From: an uncultured bacterium
Lineage (GTDB): Bacteria; Bacteroidota; Bacteroidia; Bacteroidales; CAIWKO01
Direction of reading: 5' to 3'
Assembly: GCA_903858655.1 (NCBI GenBank)
Contig: CAIOJS010000489.1
Span: 1 to 35,813 of the forward strand
DNA: 35,813 nucleotides
The notes beneath the pieces were generated by a model, which was not told the DNA's origin, searched no databases, and saw only the letters and a list, made by a program, of their open reading frames with translations. The first letter of the stretch is position 1. Each line of letters begins with the position of its first letter. A program made the position numbers and the translations under genes. Shown here one piece after another: positions 1 through 8,745 of this stretch.

Positions 1-456
1 ATTTTAATAATAGGGGCATTCCTACTGATATCGAATGTTGCATTTAGTCAAAAGGTGAAAGAAGACAAAGTTCCTTCAGAAGTTAAATCTGCTTTCAAAG
101 CAAAGTTTCCAACTGCCACTAAGGTGGGCTATGAGATGGAAAAGAACGATTACGAAATCAGTTTTATGAAAGACGGAACCGAATGTTCTGCGAATTTTGA
201 TAAAACCGGCAAGTGGTTAGAAACAGAAATTGAACTGACCAATGCTCAAATTCCGGTTATTGTGAAAGCCACTTTAGATAAAGAGTTCGCGGGTTATAAA
301 ATAAACGAATCGGTGATATTAGAAACTCCCGGTGCCGCCAAGTTATACGAATTTGAAGTGTCAAAAGGAAGCTCGAAATTTGAAGTTCAGATTGCTGCCG
401 ATGGCAAATTAGTGAAGAAAGAACCTATTGGGAAAGAGAGCGAAGAGAAAGATTAA
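1..456 (+). CDS. PepSY-like (DUF2874-type) small secreted protein; 5' end lies outside the window
   Basis: Frame 1 is open from base 1 and reads ILIIGAFLLISNVAFSQ (tail of a signal peptide) before the track's internal GTG-55 start. The body has the VPxxVxxxFxxxFP ... YExE pattern of Bacteroidota PepSY-like proteins. Family call is by eye. Confidence 0.6.
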   Translation: MLIIGAFLLISNVAFSQKVKEDKVPSEVKSAFKAKFPTATKVGYEMEKNDYEISFMKDGTECSANFDKTGKWLETEIELTNAQIPVIVKATLDKEFAGYKINESVILETPGAAKLYEFEVSKGSSKFEVQIAADGKLVKKEPIGKESEEKD

Positions 457-491
457 TCGCTTGAGGTGTATTAAACATTGATGAAAGTGAA

Positions 492-1793
492 ATGAGACGC
501 GTTTTAGTAGCAAACATTCTTTTATGGAGCATATTTTGTGTTGCCAAAGCACAAAATGCGTCTCATTTTACGCAACCTATAGCTGTCAGTCTGCAAACTT
601 TAATGGATAGTGCTTTTCAAAACAACCCTATCATAAAAGACAACGAGAATAAGCTTCGGCTTGCGGAATTAAATTTGAAACAATCCGTTGCCGAATTGGC
701 AAGCCCGAAAGTGTATGTGCAAAGCGACCTTATGCTTGCGCCCTATTTGAATAATAATGGTGGATTTATCTCCGCCAAACCCGGCGACAAAGCCATAGGA
801 TATGATGCCAACGTTTCGAATGGCGGACTCTACTCCGCCACTGCCAATGCAAGTTTGCCTTTGTTAACATCGGCGGGCAAGATGGCGTATCGCAATGATT
901 GTTTGGCGCAAAAAGCGTCCTTCTCCAATCAAATTGAACTCACCAAACATGAGCTTACGCTGCAAATCACGAATCAATATATCGTTAGTTATCTATCGCA
1001 AGTGCAGATGACCTATGTTCAGAACGCGATAAGTCTATTGATAGACCAAAAAGAAGTAGTGAAGACCCTTGTGGTGAAGGGGCTTGCCAAGCAAACGGAT
1101 TATCTGTTGATGGGTATCGAAATTCAAAATCAGCAAATCAATCTCGCGCAATATCTATCGGATTATGCGGATAATTTTCTGCAATTAAAGTCCCTATGCG
1201 GCATAAAAGACACCGCCGTTGTCCAAATTGCAACTCCCAATATTGAAGCTTTGCACAGCAATGTTGATTCGAAGTTCTTGCAGATGTATAAAAGCGATAG
1301 TTTACAAATCATCGCATCTCAAAACGTTTATAATTTGAAGTACAAACCGAGTTTGAATCTTTATGCCAACACGGGCTTAAATGCAGTGGAGTTGCCCGGC
1401 ATCCAACGTAAGTTTGGTTGGAGTGCAGGACTCACGTTTAATTGGATGCTCTATGATGGCAAGCAAAAGCAATTGGAACAGCAAAAGAACGCTATCTTGT
1501 TGAACACTACGGAGACCTATAAAGCGAGTTTTTTGAAGCAACACGATGTGCAAAAAGTCAATGCCATGAATAAAATGAAAGCTTTAGAGCATATCATAAC
1601 GCAAAAGAAACAGCAGTTAAAGGATTTTGAAGAGATCATGAATATGTATAAGATTCAACTCAGTCAGGGGCAGTTATCGGTGATTGATTATTTGAATGCC
1701 ATTAGAAATTATAATGATTTGCTGCGCGATACTACCTTGGCTGAAACAAACAAAATGCTTGCGATTAACGAATATAATTATCTGAATTGGTAA
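492..1793 (+). CDS. TolC-family outer-membrane efflux protein
   Basis: 433 aa with a signal peptide (CVAKAQN). Two-fold internal helical/beta repeat organisation and an aromatic C-terminus (YNYLNW). First gene of a TolC-adaptor-RND operon. Confidence 0.8.
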   Translation: MRRVLVANILLWSIFCVAKAQNASHFTQPIAVSLQTLMDSAFQNNPIIKDNENKLRLAELNLKQSVAELASPKVYVQSDLMLAPYLNNNGGFISAKPGDKAIGYDANVSNGGLYSATANASLPLLTSAGKMAYRNDCLAQKASFSNQIELTKHELTLQITNQYIVSYLSQVQMTYVQNAISLLIDQKEVVKTLVVKGLAKQTDYLLMGIEIQNQQINLAQYLSDYADNFLQLKSLCGIKDTAVVQIATPNIEALHSNVDSKFLQMYKSDSLQIIASQNVYNLKYKPSLNLYANTGLNAVELPGIQRKFGWSAGLTFNWMLYDGKQKQLEQQKNAILLNTTETYKASFLKQHDVQKVNAMNKMKALEHIITQKKQQLKDFEEIMNMYKIQLSQGQLSVIDYLNAIRNYNDLLRDTTLAETNKMLAINEYNYLNW

Positions 1794-1809
1794 AAAGAAT
1801 AGAAATCAA

Positions 1810-2712
1810 ATGAAATACTCAATTATCATAGTTGCTATAGTATTCAACCTGCTTGTTGCCTGCAATCAAACGAAAAATGCGGCAGCGGACGAACAAAAGA
1901 ATATTCCCGAGGTGGAATGTGCCAATCCGCAAATCATAACCCTCAACGAGTATATAGTGCTGAATGGAGTTACCAGCTTTTTGCAGAAGGAAGTGGTCAG
2001 AAGCACGGTTACGGGATATATCACTGAAGTATTTCCTACTATGGGCGAGCATATCTTTCAAAATCAAAAGCTATTTGCTATAAAAACCTCCGAGGCTTAT
2101 GCCATGAATTCGGTTAAAGATACCAATTTGTTTTCGCGTTCCATCTTCATTAAAAGTAATAAAAGCGGCATCCTTTCGGCGCTACATGTGCAACAAGGAA
2201 GTTACACGCAGCAGGGCGATGTGCTTGCCGAAATAACGCAACCCGAAAACCTCGTAATACAGGTGAATGTTCCATACGAAGACAACGACGTGATTAAGCT
2301 CGGAAAAGCGTGTCAACTGGTGCTGCCCGACGGAAAACAATTGCCTGCTACCATATTTCGCATCATGCCGTTGGTAGATAAAATGTCGCAAACACAATCC
2401 ATTTTCGTAAAACTATCCTCTTATTCTGAATTGCCCGAAAATCTAAACGTCATCATCAGCATATTGAAAAGAAGTAAAGACAAAGCGCTAAGTGTGCCCA
2501 ACTCGGCTGTATTAACCAATGAAACGCAAGATAAGTTTTGGCTCATGAAGTTGGTAAATGATACGCTTGCCATAGAAGTTCCCATAACAAAAGGCATAGT
2601 AAATGATAGTGAAACAGAGATTCTGACTCCCATACTGCTGTCCAACGATATTATCATCACCAAAGGTGCGTATGGCTTGCCCGACAGTTCCGTTGTCAAG
2701 AAAGTGAAGTAA
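1810..2712 (+). CDS. Efflux RND periplasmic adaptor (membrane-fusion) lipoprotein
   Basis: 300 aa with a lipoprotein signal (NLLVAC). Sits between the TolC-like and RND genes, and its stop at 2710-2712 abuts the RND ATG at 2713. Lipoyl/beta-barrel style segments (GDVLAEI, VNVPYED). Confidence 0.75.
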   Translation: MKYSIIIVAIVFNLLVACNQTKNAAADEQKNIPEVECANPQIITLNEYIVLNGVTSFLQKEVVRSTVTGYITEVFPTMGEHIFQNQKLFAIKTSEAYAMNSVKDTNLFSRSIFIKSNKSGILSALHVQQGSYTQQGDVLAEITQPENLVIQVNVPYEDNDVIKLGKACQLVLPDGKQLPATIFRIMPLVDKMSQTQSIFVKLSSYSELPENLNVIISILKRSKDKALSVPNSAVLTNETQDKFWLMKLVNDTLAIEVPITKGIVNDSETEILTPILLSNDIIITKGAYGLPDSSVVKKVK

Positions 2713-5700
2713 ATGGAAAAGATTTTCGTCCGATTCAAAAGCCCTATTGCGGTCATACTCTTGTTAGTCATCATCGGCGGGGTGTTTTCCTATTCGTATA
2801 TGAAGACATCCTTATTCCCTGATGTAACATTTCCGAAGATAAAAATCATAGCTGAGAACGGCAGTCAGCCTGTGGATAAAATGATGGTGACAGTTACCAA
2901 GCCATTGGAAAATGCCATCAAGCAAGTGCCCGATTTGAAGATGATACGTAGCACTACCGCGATGGGAAGTTGCGAAATATCTGCCTATATCAAATGGGGT
3001 AGTGACATTGATATGGCAAAGCAACGCATGGAGGCGCTGATTGCTCAAATAAAAAACGATTTGCCTTCCGAAGTGCAAATAACGGTTGAGAAGATGAATC
3101 CGTCCATTTTGCCTGTGATGGGATTCTCCTTGCAATCTGAAAGCAAGACGCAAGTGGAGCTTAAAATGATTGCCGAATACACCGTGAAGCCTTTCCTTTC
3201 GAGCATAGATGGTGTGTCGCAAATCGCCGTGATAGGCGGAAGAGAAAAAGAGTATCGCATCGTTTTGAATCAGCAGAAAATGAATTTGCTAAAGATTAGC
3301 ACTCGTGATATAGCCAATGCAGTGGAACAAACGGGCTTTGTGGCTTCCAACGGATATACGATAGATTACAAACGTTTGTATCTAACCGTTACGGATGCCT
3401 CTCTCAAAGATAAAGACCAATTAGAGAATCTTGTGATTTTTAATGATACCAACCGACGTATCACCATGAGCGATGTGGCACATGTGGAGGTGGCTGCTCA
3501 AAACGAATATGTGAAAATCAAAGTGGATGGCAAAGACGTGCCTTTGGTGGCTGTGTTGAAACAACCTACAAGCAATTTGATTGATGTGGCTACGGATGTC
3601 AACAAACGGGTACAGGAATTGAACAAAATATTGCCAAAAGGTGTTACATTGAAACCCTATTACAATCAGGCGGAGTTCGTCAACGACAGTATCCGCAGCA
3701 TCATTGATGTGTTGTGGATAGGTTTGTTGTTAGCCATTGTCGTAGTAATTATTTTCTTGCGCTCTTTCAAGGCAAGCTCTGTGGTGCTTATTAGCATACC
3801 TGTTACCTTAGGCTTAACCTTTATTGTGTTGCGGGCGTTGGGTTTCGATTTCAACATAATGACCATCGGTGCCATTGCAGCATCCATCGGTTTGATTATA
3901 GATGATGCCATTATTGTGGTGGAGCAAATCCATCGAACGCACGAGGAATTCCCTGAGCGAAAACCAAAAGAACTTGTAGGCAAAGCCTTAAACTTTTTGT
4001 TTCCTGCCATGCTCAGTTCTTCTTTAAGCACCATCGTCATCTTCATTCCTTTTGTGCTGATGTCGGGAGTGGCAGGTGCTTATTTCAAAATATTGACCGA
4101 AACCATGATCATCACTTTGGTGTGCTCGTTTGTTGTTGTGTGGTTGGGCTTACCGGTGCTGTATTTATTGTTTTCAAGAGATAAAGCCTTTTCAAGCAGT
4201 ACTAAGATACAATTGGTGAAGCACCGGAATTGGATTGTATTTTTCTTGAAAAAGCCTTATATTGCATATTGTTTCGTGGTGGTTCTCATTGCTTCTGCTG
4301 TGTATATCGTTCCCAAGCTACAGAATGGATTTTTGCCCGAAATGGATGAGGGTTCCATCGTTTTGGATTACAACAGCCCCCCGGGGACTTCCCTTGAGGA
4401 AACAGACCGTATGCTTACTTCGGTGGATAAGATATTGGATAAGATTCCCGAAGTGGAAACCTATTCTCGACGCACGGGTTCGCAGATGGGCTTTTTCATC
4501 ACCGAACCAAACAGTGGTGATTATCTGATTCAACTTCACAAAAAACGTGACAAAACTACCGAAGATGTCTCCGACGATATACGGAAAAAGGTTGAAGCTG
4601 TCGTTCCTGCTTTGGTGATTGATTTCGGGCAGGTGATCACCGACATGTTGGGCGATTTGATGAGCAGTGTGCAGCCTGTGGAAGTCAAGATTTTCGGTAA
4701 CGACCACGAAAAGTTGAAAGACTTATCGAAACAAATAGCCGACAGTGTCGAAAGCGTTGCCGGCACCGCTGATGTGTTTGATGGCATCGTCATTGCAGGT
4801 CCCGTGGTTAAAGTGATTCCGAAGGAGGCTGACCTTCGGCAGTATGGTTTAAACGCCACAGACATTCAAACTCAGATACAAGCTAATTTGGGCGGCATCG
4901 TGGTGGGCAGCATCCCCGAAAAGGAGCAACTCACCAACATCCGCATGATTTACCCCATGAATAATCAAACTTCTATTGACCATCTGCTCCAAACCAAGAT
5001 ATTTTTGCCTTCCGGTGAGGTGGTTTCCTTATCCCATTTTGCTGACATTTCCATGCAAAACGGTGTAGCGGAAATCAAACGCGAAAATCTGCAGACCGTG
5101 GGAGTGGTTACCGCTCGATTGAACGAACGCGATTTGGGAAGCGTGATGAAAGATATACAGAAGAAGGTCGGCAAAATCAGCACTCCTCCGGGCTATCATG
5201 TCGAGTATGGCGGTTCATTTGCCGAGCAACAACAATCTTTCTTTGAGTTGCTTATGATTTTGATTTCGGGCGGCTTGTTGGTCTTTTTGGTTGTTTTGTT
5301 TATGTTTAAAGATTTAAAACTCTCTTTAATCATCATATTTATTAGCATATTGGGTATCACAGGAAGTTTGTTGGCGCTGTTTCTAACTAATACACCACTG
5401 AATGTGGGCAGCTACACCGGACTCATTATGATAATAGGCATCATTGGTGAGAACGCGATCTTCACCATACAACAGTTTTTGTCCGAACGACAACGTTCGG
5501 ATGTAAGGGAAGCTCTCAGCTACGCCATCTCGGCGCGTTTACGACCTAAATTGATGACAGCCATCGGCGCTATCGTAGCACTCTCGCCTTTAGCAGCGGG
5601 CATAGGCACAGGCGCGCAGATGCATCAACCCTTAGCCATTGCAGTTATTGGTGGTTTGATTATTGCCCTGCCTTTATTGCTGATAGTTTTACCTAGCTTT

Positions 5701-5727
5701 TTAATTAAAATGTATAAGGATAATTAA
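2713..5727 (+). CDS. RND efflux permease (AcrB/CzcA superfamily)
   Basis: 1004 aa with two TM bundles separated by large periplasmic loops. The TM4 motif GLIIDDAIIVVEQ matches the AcrB/CzcA D-D proton-relay region. Confidence 0.9.
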   Translation: MEKIFVRFKSPIAVILLLVIIGGVFSYSYMKTSLFPDVTFPKIKIIAENGSQPVDKMMVTVTKPLENAIKQVPDLKMIRSTTAMGSCEISAYIKWGSDIDMAKQRMEALIAQIKNDLPSEVQITVEKMNPSILPVMGFSLQSESKTQVELKMIAEYTVKPFLSSIDGVSQIAVIGGREKEYRIVLNQQKMNLLKISTRDIANAVEQTGFVASNGYTIDYKRLYLTVTDASLKDKDQLENLVIFNDTNRRITMSDVAHVEVAAQNEYVKIKVDGKDVPLVAVLKQPTSNLIDVATDVNKRVQELNKILPKGVTLKPYYNQAEFVNDSIRSIIDVLWIGLLLAIVVVIIFLRSFKASSVVLISIPVTLGLTFIVLRALGFDFNIMTIGAIAASIGLIIDDAIIVVEQIHRTHEEFPERKPKELVGKALNFLFPAMLSSSLSTIVIFIPFVLMSGVAGAYFKILTETMIITLVCSFVVVWLGLPVLYLLFSRDKAFSSSTKIQLVKHRNWIVFFLKKPYIAYCFVVVLIASAVYIVPKLQNGFLPEMDEGSIVLDYNSPPGTSLEETDRMLTSVDKILDKIPEVETYSRRTGSQMGFFITEPNSGDYLIQLHKKRDKTTEDVSDDIRKKVEAVVPALVIDFGQVITDMLGDLMSSVQPVEVKIFGNDHEKLKDLSKQIADSVESVAGTADVFDGIVIAGPVVKVIPKEADLRQYGLNATDIQTQIQANLGGIVVGSIPEKEQLTNIRMIYPMNNQTSIDHLLQTKIFLPSGEVVSLSHFADISMQNGVAEIKRENLQTVGVVTARLNERDLGSVMKDIQKKVGKISTPPGYHVEYGGSFAEQQQSFFELLMILISGGLLVFLVVLFMFKDLKLSLIIIFISILGITGSLLALFLTNTPLNVGSYTGLIMIIGIIGENAIFTIQQFLSERQRSDVREALSYAISARLRPKLMTAIGAIVALSPLAAGIGTGAQMHQPLAIAVIGGLIIALPLLLIVLPSFLIKMYKDN

Positions 5728-5865
5728 ATCCTCTTAACGGGAGTTCTATAAATTGCTTTTTCAGCGTTGGACTTCAATTTATAAAATGCTCATTTACCTT
5801 AGTAAACTCCGCTTTTAAAAATCTCGTCCGCCTCGAAAAATCTAATTTATAGAACCCCTTTTAAA

Positions 5866-6894
5866 TTACTTCACTTGTTCTACTTCTAAAATCACAAAAG
5901 TGCCGGGCTTAATGGCAGGTCGGGGATGAGCATTATCTTTTGTAGGGGCGGGGGCTTCACCAAATTCGGCTGTTGGCAGATAGAGTTTATGTGTGGTTTT
6001 GTTCACGGTAATCGTTCGTGCTCCTTTTTGTGTGGCAACGTTCTCTACTACCTTAAAGGTGTTTGCATCCACTTCCTGCACCACCGTCATCGTGCCGTCG
6101 CCGTTCGAGCTGTAGGCGCGTTTCGTTTTGGGGTCGAAAGCCACGCCATCCACGCGGTCGCCAATGGTTACTGTAGTAATCACTTTCCCCGTAAGGGCAT
6201 CCAATATCACCATCATCTTGTCGCATACGCTAAACAAACGATGCGTTTCGTTGTCCAAAGCTAAGCCACTTGGCTCCTCACCGGGGGCAATGGACCATGT
6301 GGCTTCCACCTTCATCGTAACAGGATTGAACATACAAATCTTACTTTTATCTTCAATATTCACATAGACTTTTCCCTTGCCATCGCTCACCGCAAACTCC
6401 GGCTTGCCTTCCAATTCAATGGTTCCGATAATCTTATCGGTCTTCACATCAATCACACTTATATTGTTGCTGCGCCCATTGAAAGTAAATATACGTTCCG
6501 AAAAAGCATCATACATAATGGCGTCAGGATTGTTGCCTGTTACTTTTATTTTCTTCAACGTAACAAGCTTTTCCAAATCGAAAACCGTAACGGCAGTATC
6601 TTTTCCGTCCGAAATATAGCCTTTTTTGAGGTTCTTCACCAAGGCAATACCGTGAACGCCTTTGGTGTCGGGGATAGTGCCCGCTAACTTGCCCGTAGTT
6701 ACGTTCAACACCTGCACCATAGTGCCATGGGAGATATATAATAGATTGGTGGTTTCATCAATGCTTAGATAATCCCACGAACCATCGCCTTCCACGCTAA
6801 ATTTGTTGCTGATTTTATATTGGCTTTTGGCTGTTTGAGCTTGAGCACATATCCCAGTCAAAGAGACCAGCATAATCATGATAAGTTTTTTCAT
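5866..6894 (-). CDS. Secreted YncE/YVTN-like beta-propeller repeat protein
   Basis: 342 aa with a signal peptide (GICAQAQT). Repeated ~40-aa blades such as GKVYVNIEDKSKICMFNPVT, HRLFSVCDKMMVILDALTGK and KRAYSSNGDGTMTVV. Family call is by eye. Confidence 0.6.
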   Translation of the reverse strand: MKKLIMIMLVSLTGICAQAQTAKSQYKISNKFSVEGDGSWDYLSIDETTNLLYISHGTMVQVLNVTTGKLAGTIPDTKGVHGIALVKNLKKGYISDGKDTAVTVFDLEKLVTLKKIKVTGNNPDAIMYDAFSERIFTFNGRSNNISVIDVKTDKIIGTIELEGKPEFAVSDGKGKVYVNIEDKSKICMFNPVTMKVEATWSIAPGEEPSGLALDNETHRLFSVCDKMMVILDALTGKVITTVTIGDRVDGVAFDPKTKRAYSSNGDGTMTVVQEVDANTFKVVENVATQKGARTITVNKTTHKLYLPTAEFGEAPAPTKDNAHPRPAIKPGTFVILEVEQVK

Positions 6895-6918
6895 TGTTTT
6901 AGATTTTTAGATAAGTCT

Positions 6919-6926
6919 CAAAAATA
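6919..6926 (-). promoter_or_regulatory. Bacteroidota -7 promoter box (TATTTTTG on the minus strand) for the beta-propeller gene
   Basis: Plus strand reads CAAAAATA, which is a perfect TAnnTTTG on the minus strand, 24 nt upstream of the ATG at 6894. Confidence 0.5.
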
Positions 6927-7072
6927 CACATAAAACTAATTATGCAGTCATATTAAGTAAAATATTCTTTGATATGGTCTGTGCAAACACCTCAAATATC
7001 CTTAATAAATATCAATTTTACATGATTTATAATCAATCAACTCAATCAGGCAATTGACTCAATCAAATCTCC

Positions 7073-7969
7073 CTACATTTTTCTCATCCTAATATCCAAC
7101 TTACCTATCTCACCATGAATCACTTTAATATCGGTTCTAACTTCCATAAAATACATTTTATGTTCGGCGGTTAGTGTCCAGTTGCCTGATTCCAAACTAT
7201 GAAATTGTGTAAAACCTTTTTTAGTGCTAAATTTTTCTATCGTTCGCACACCATTGGTCAGCGTAACCTTAATCTTCCGCAAGGGAACGTTAACCTCCCA
7301 ATCTTTATAAGAAACTATAAGTGAAAGTTTGCGTCTGCCCAAAGGCTTGCCCACTTTTATATATTCTTCCCATGCAGGTGTCAAATCGGGCAAATACGAA
7401 TGAATCAAGTTGCTCATATAGCCTTTCATCACATCCAATTTGTTGAGTAAATCCGGAATCAGATCGGTGCCTTTGGTTTTTTTCAGCTTTTTCATCTTCA
7501 CTGGCGTACCTCTGATAGACTTAAACGCTGCAATGCTAGCTTCCATTTCGCCAATATCTCCCAAGCTCAAATTATCTAAGACATTCAAATTTTTTTTCAT
7601 TATCTCTTTAATCACCGATGCTCGTGATTCTGCCTCAATATCCCTTGCCCGTATGATATAAGACAAAGATTTTTTCAAACTTTCTTCTAAAATTGATTCA
7701 TGCATCATATTAGCTTTCACAACACTGCGCTCAGCATATTTTATTATGCATTGCCCCATCTGCAGCTTCAATTTCTTTTTTGTAGGTGTAGAAGACGTCA
7801 CATCCACGGCTTGATTATTAAGAGCATCTTCCACTTGCGCTATCAATTGGTTATACGTTGCCATATAAGGTCCAAACTCTTCGATGTTTGACAATTCAGA
7901 TGCATATTTTGCATTAAAATCCTTTCCACGTAATATGGCATGCCAACGATTCTTTTGTGGTTTGTTCAT
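7073..7969 (-). CDS. Hypothetical protein with a helical N-terminal two-thirds and a C-terminal beta-sandwich (carboxypeptidase-regulatory-like by eye)
   Basis: 298-aa ORF with no signal peptide. The C-terminal segment LSLIVSYKDWEVNVPLRKIKVTLTNGVRTIEKFSTKKGFTQFHSLESGNWTLTAEHKMY resembles CarboxypepD_reg-type folds. No family recognised with confidence. Confidence 0.6.
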   Translation of the reverse strand: MNKPQKNRWHAILRGKDFNAKYASELSNIEEFGPYMATYNQLIAQVEDALNNQAVDVTSSTPTKKKLKLQMGQCIIKYAERSVVKANMMHESILEESLKKSLSYIIRARDIEAESRASVIKEIMKKNLNVLDNLSLGDIGEMEASIAAFKSIRGTPVKMKKLKKTKGTDLIPDLLNKLDVMKGYMSNLIHSYLPDLTPAWEEYIKVGKPLGRRKLSLIVSYKDWEVNVPLRKIKVTLTNGVRTIEKFSTKKGFTQFHSLESGNWTLTAEHKMYFMEVRTDIKVIHGEIGKLDIRMRKM

Positions 7970-8062
7970 GAGGTGTAAGTTTATGGAATGTTAGTTCATT
8001 TAAGTTGTTTAAGATTGATGTTTATCTAGTAATTTATTTCTACAAATTATATGCCAAACTTC

Positions 8063-8335
8063 ACTAAACATGACACAATATTCATAAATTTAGAAACAGA
8101 GAAGATAACATCTGAAACAGTGGCTCTAACATTAGAATCAGAATTCATAAAATATAATACAGTACCCTCAACATAATGATCATAAACAATAACATTTAAA
8201 ACAGTATCTTTAACTTTAGGAATAGAGTCAATAACATAAAAGGCAGTATCCATAACGTCAGAACCATAGTTAATGACACAAGAATCAGAATACATAACAT
8301 TAGGAACTGAGTCCATAACATGTAAAACGATGCTC
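8063..8335. repeat. Array 1: 13 diverged 21-bp direct repeats in perfect register (plus-strand consensus about ATAACATnAGAAnCAGnnTCC)
   Basis: Units start at 8063, 8084, 8105, 8126, 8147, 8168, 8189, 8210, 8231, 8252, 8273, 8294 and 8315, each exactly 21 nt after the last. TAACAT (unit positions 2-7) and CAG (positions 14-16) are conserved, while the remaining positions vary. Confidence 0.8.
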
Positions 8336-8650
8336 AAAAGCTTATAAACACTGAACATTTTGCAACTGACGGCATAAAAAAAATAGAAATCGAAGTTTAA
8401 AATATGAATCACAGTAAATGAAATATTGTCATCCTACTTCATTATAACACTGTCTTCACTCAAAAAGCATCTGTCAAAACGCTTAAGTATTCCGTGACAG
8501 TGCTTCAAAACAAGCAAGGTGTTGAACAGAATCTCATGTCACAACAAAAGATCATCAACAGATAATAGATTTCTGTTTCAGCCAATAGTCTTTCTTAAAT
8601 CGTGTTTAAATTAATGGCTTTGCTATTTAATCAACTTCTCTTCAGCATAC

Positions 8651-8690
8651 TAAAAAAGGCTTGTTTTGTAAATAACAGACAAGCCTTTTT
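8651..8690 (-). terminator. Rho-independent terminator of the giant T9SS gene (structure is bidirectional)
   Basis: AGGCTTGT (8657-8664) pairs with ACAAGCCT (8679-8686). An A6 run precedes it on the plus strand (T6 after the hairpin on the minus strand) and T4 follows on the plus strand. It lies 56 nt downstream of the stop at 8746. Confidence 0.7.
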
Positions 8691-8745
8691 CAATATCACT
8701 CCTCCAAACAAACAATATAGCAATTCAAATTAATCAACCAATTCC

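Noticed and set aside
5743-5855. A perfect 12-bp inverted repeat (GTTCTATAAATT at 5743-5754 and AATTTATAGAAC at 5844-5855), with a third AATTTATA copy at 5776, between the convergent RND and beta-propeller genes.
   Set aside because: The motif is AT-rich and the 89-nt spacer is too long for a simple terminator. It is too short and featureless to call a MITE. It is probably chance or a weak bidirectional termination region.
8047-8412. A 121-aa ORF on the minus strand covering repeat array 1, which translates to a heptad repeat (xVxDxxx).
   Set aside because: Its openness is explained by the repeat consensus. In that frame, 5 of the 7 codons per unit are locked to non-stop forms by conserved bases (GTT, ATn, nAT, Gnn, nCn). 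Only ~26 codons are free to become stops, so an open frame is expected by chance in roughly one case in six. Conservation shows no third-position periodicity, and there is no promoter box or recognisable protein features. Translation cannot be excluded without ribosome profiling.
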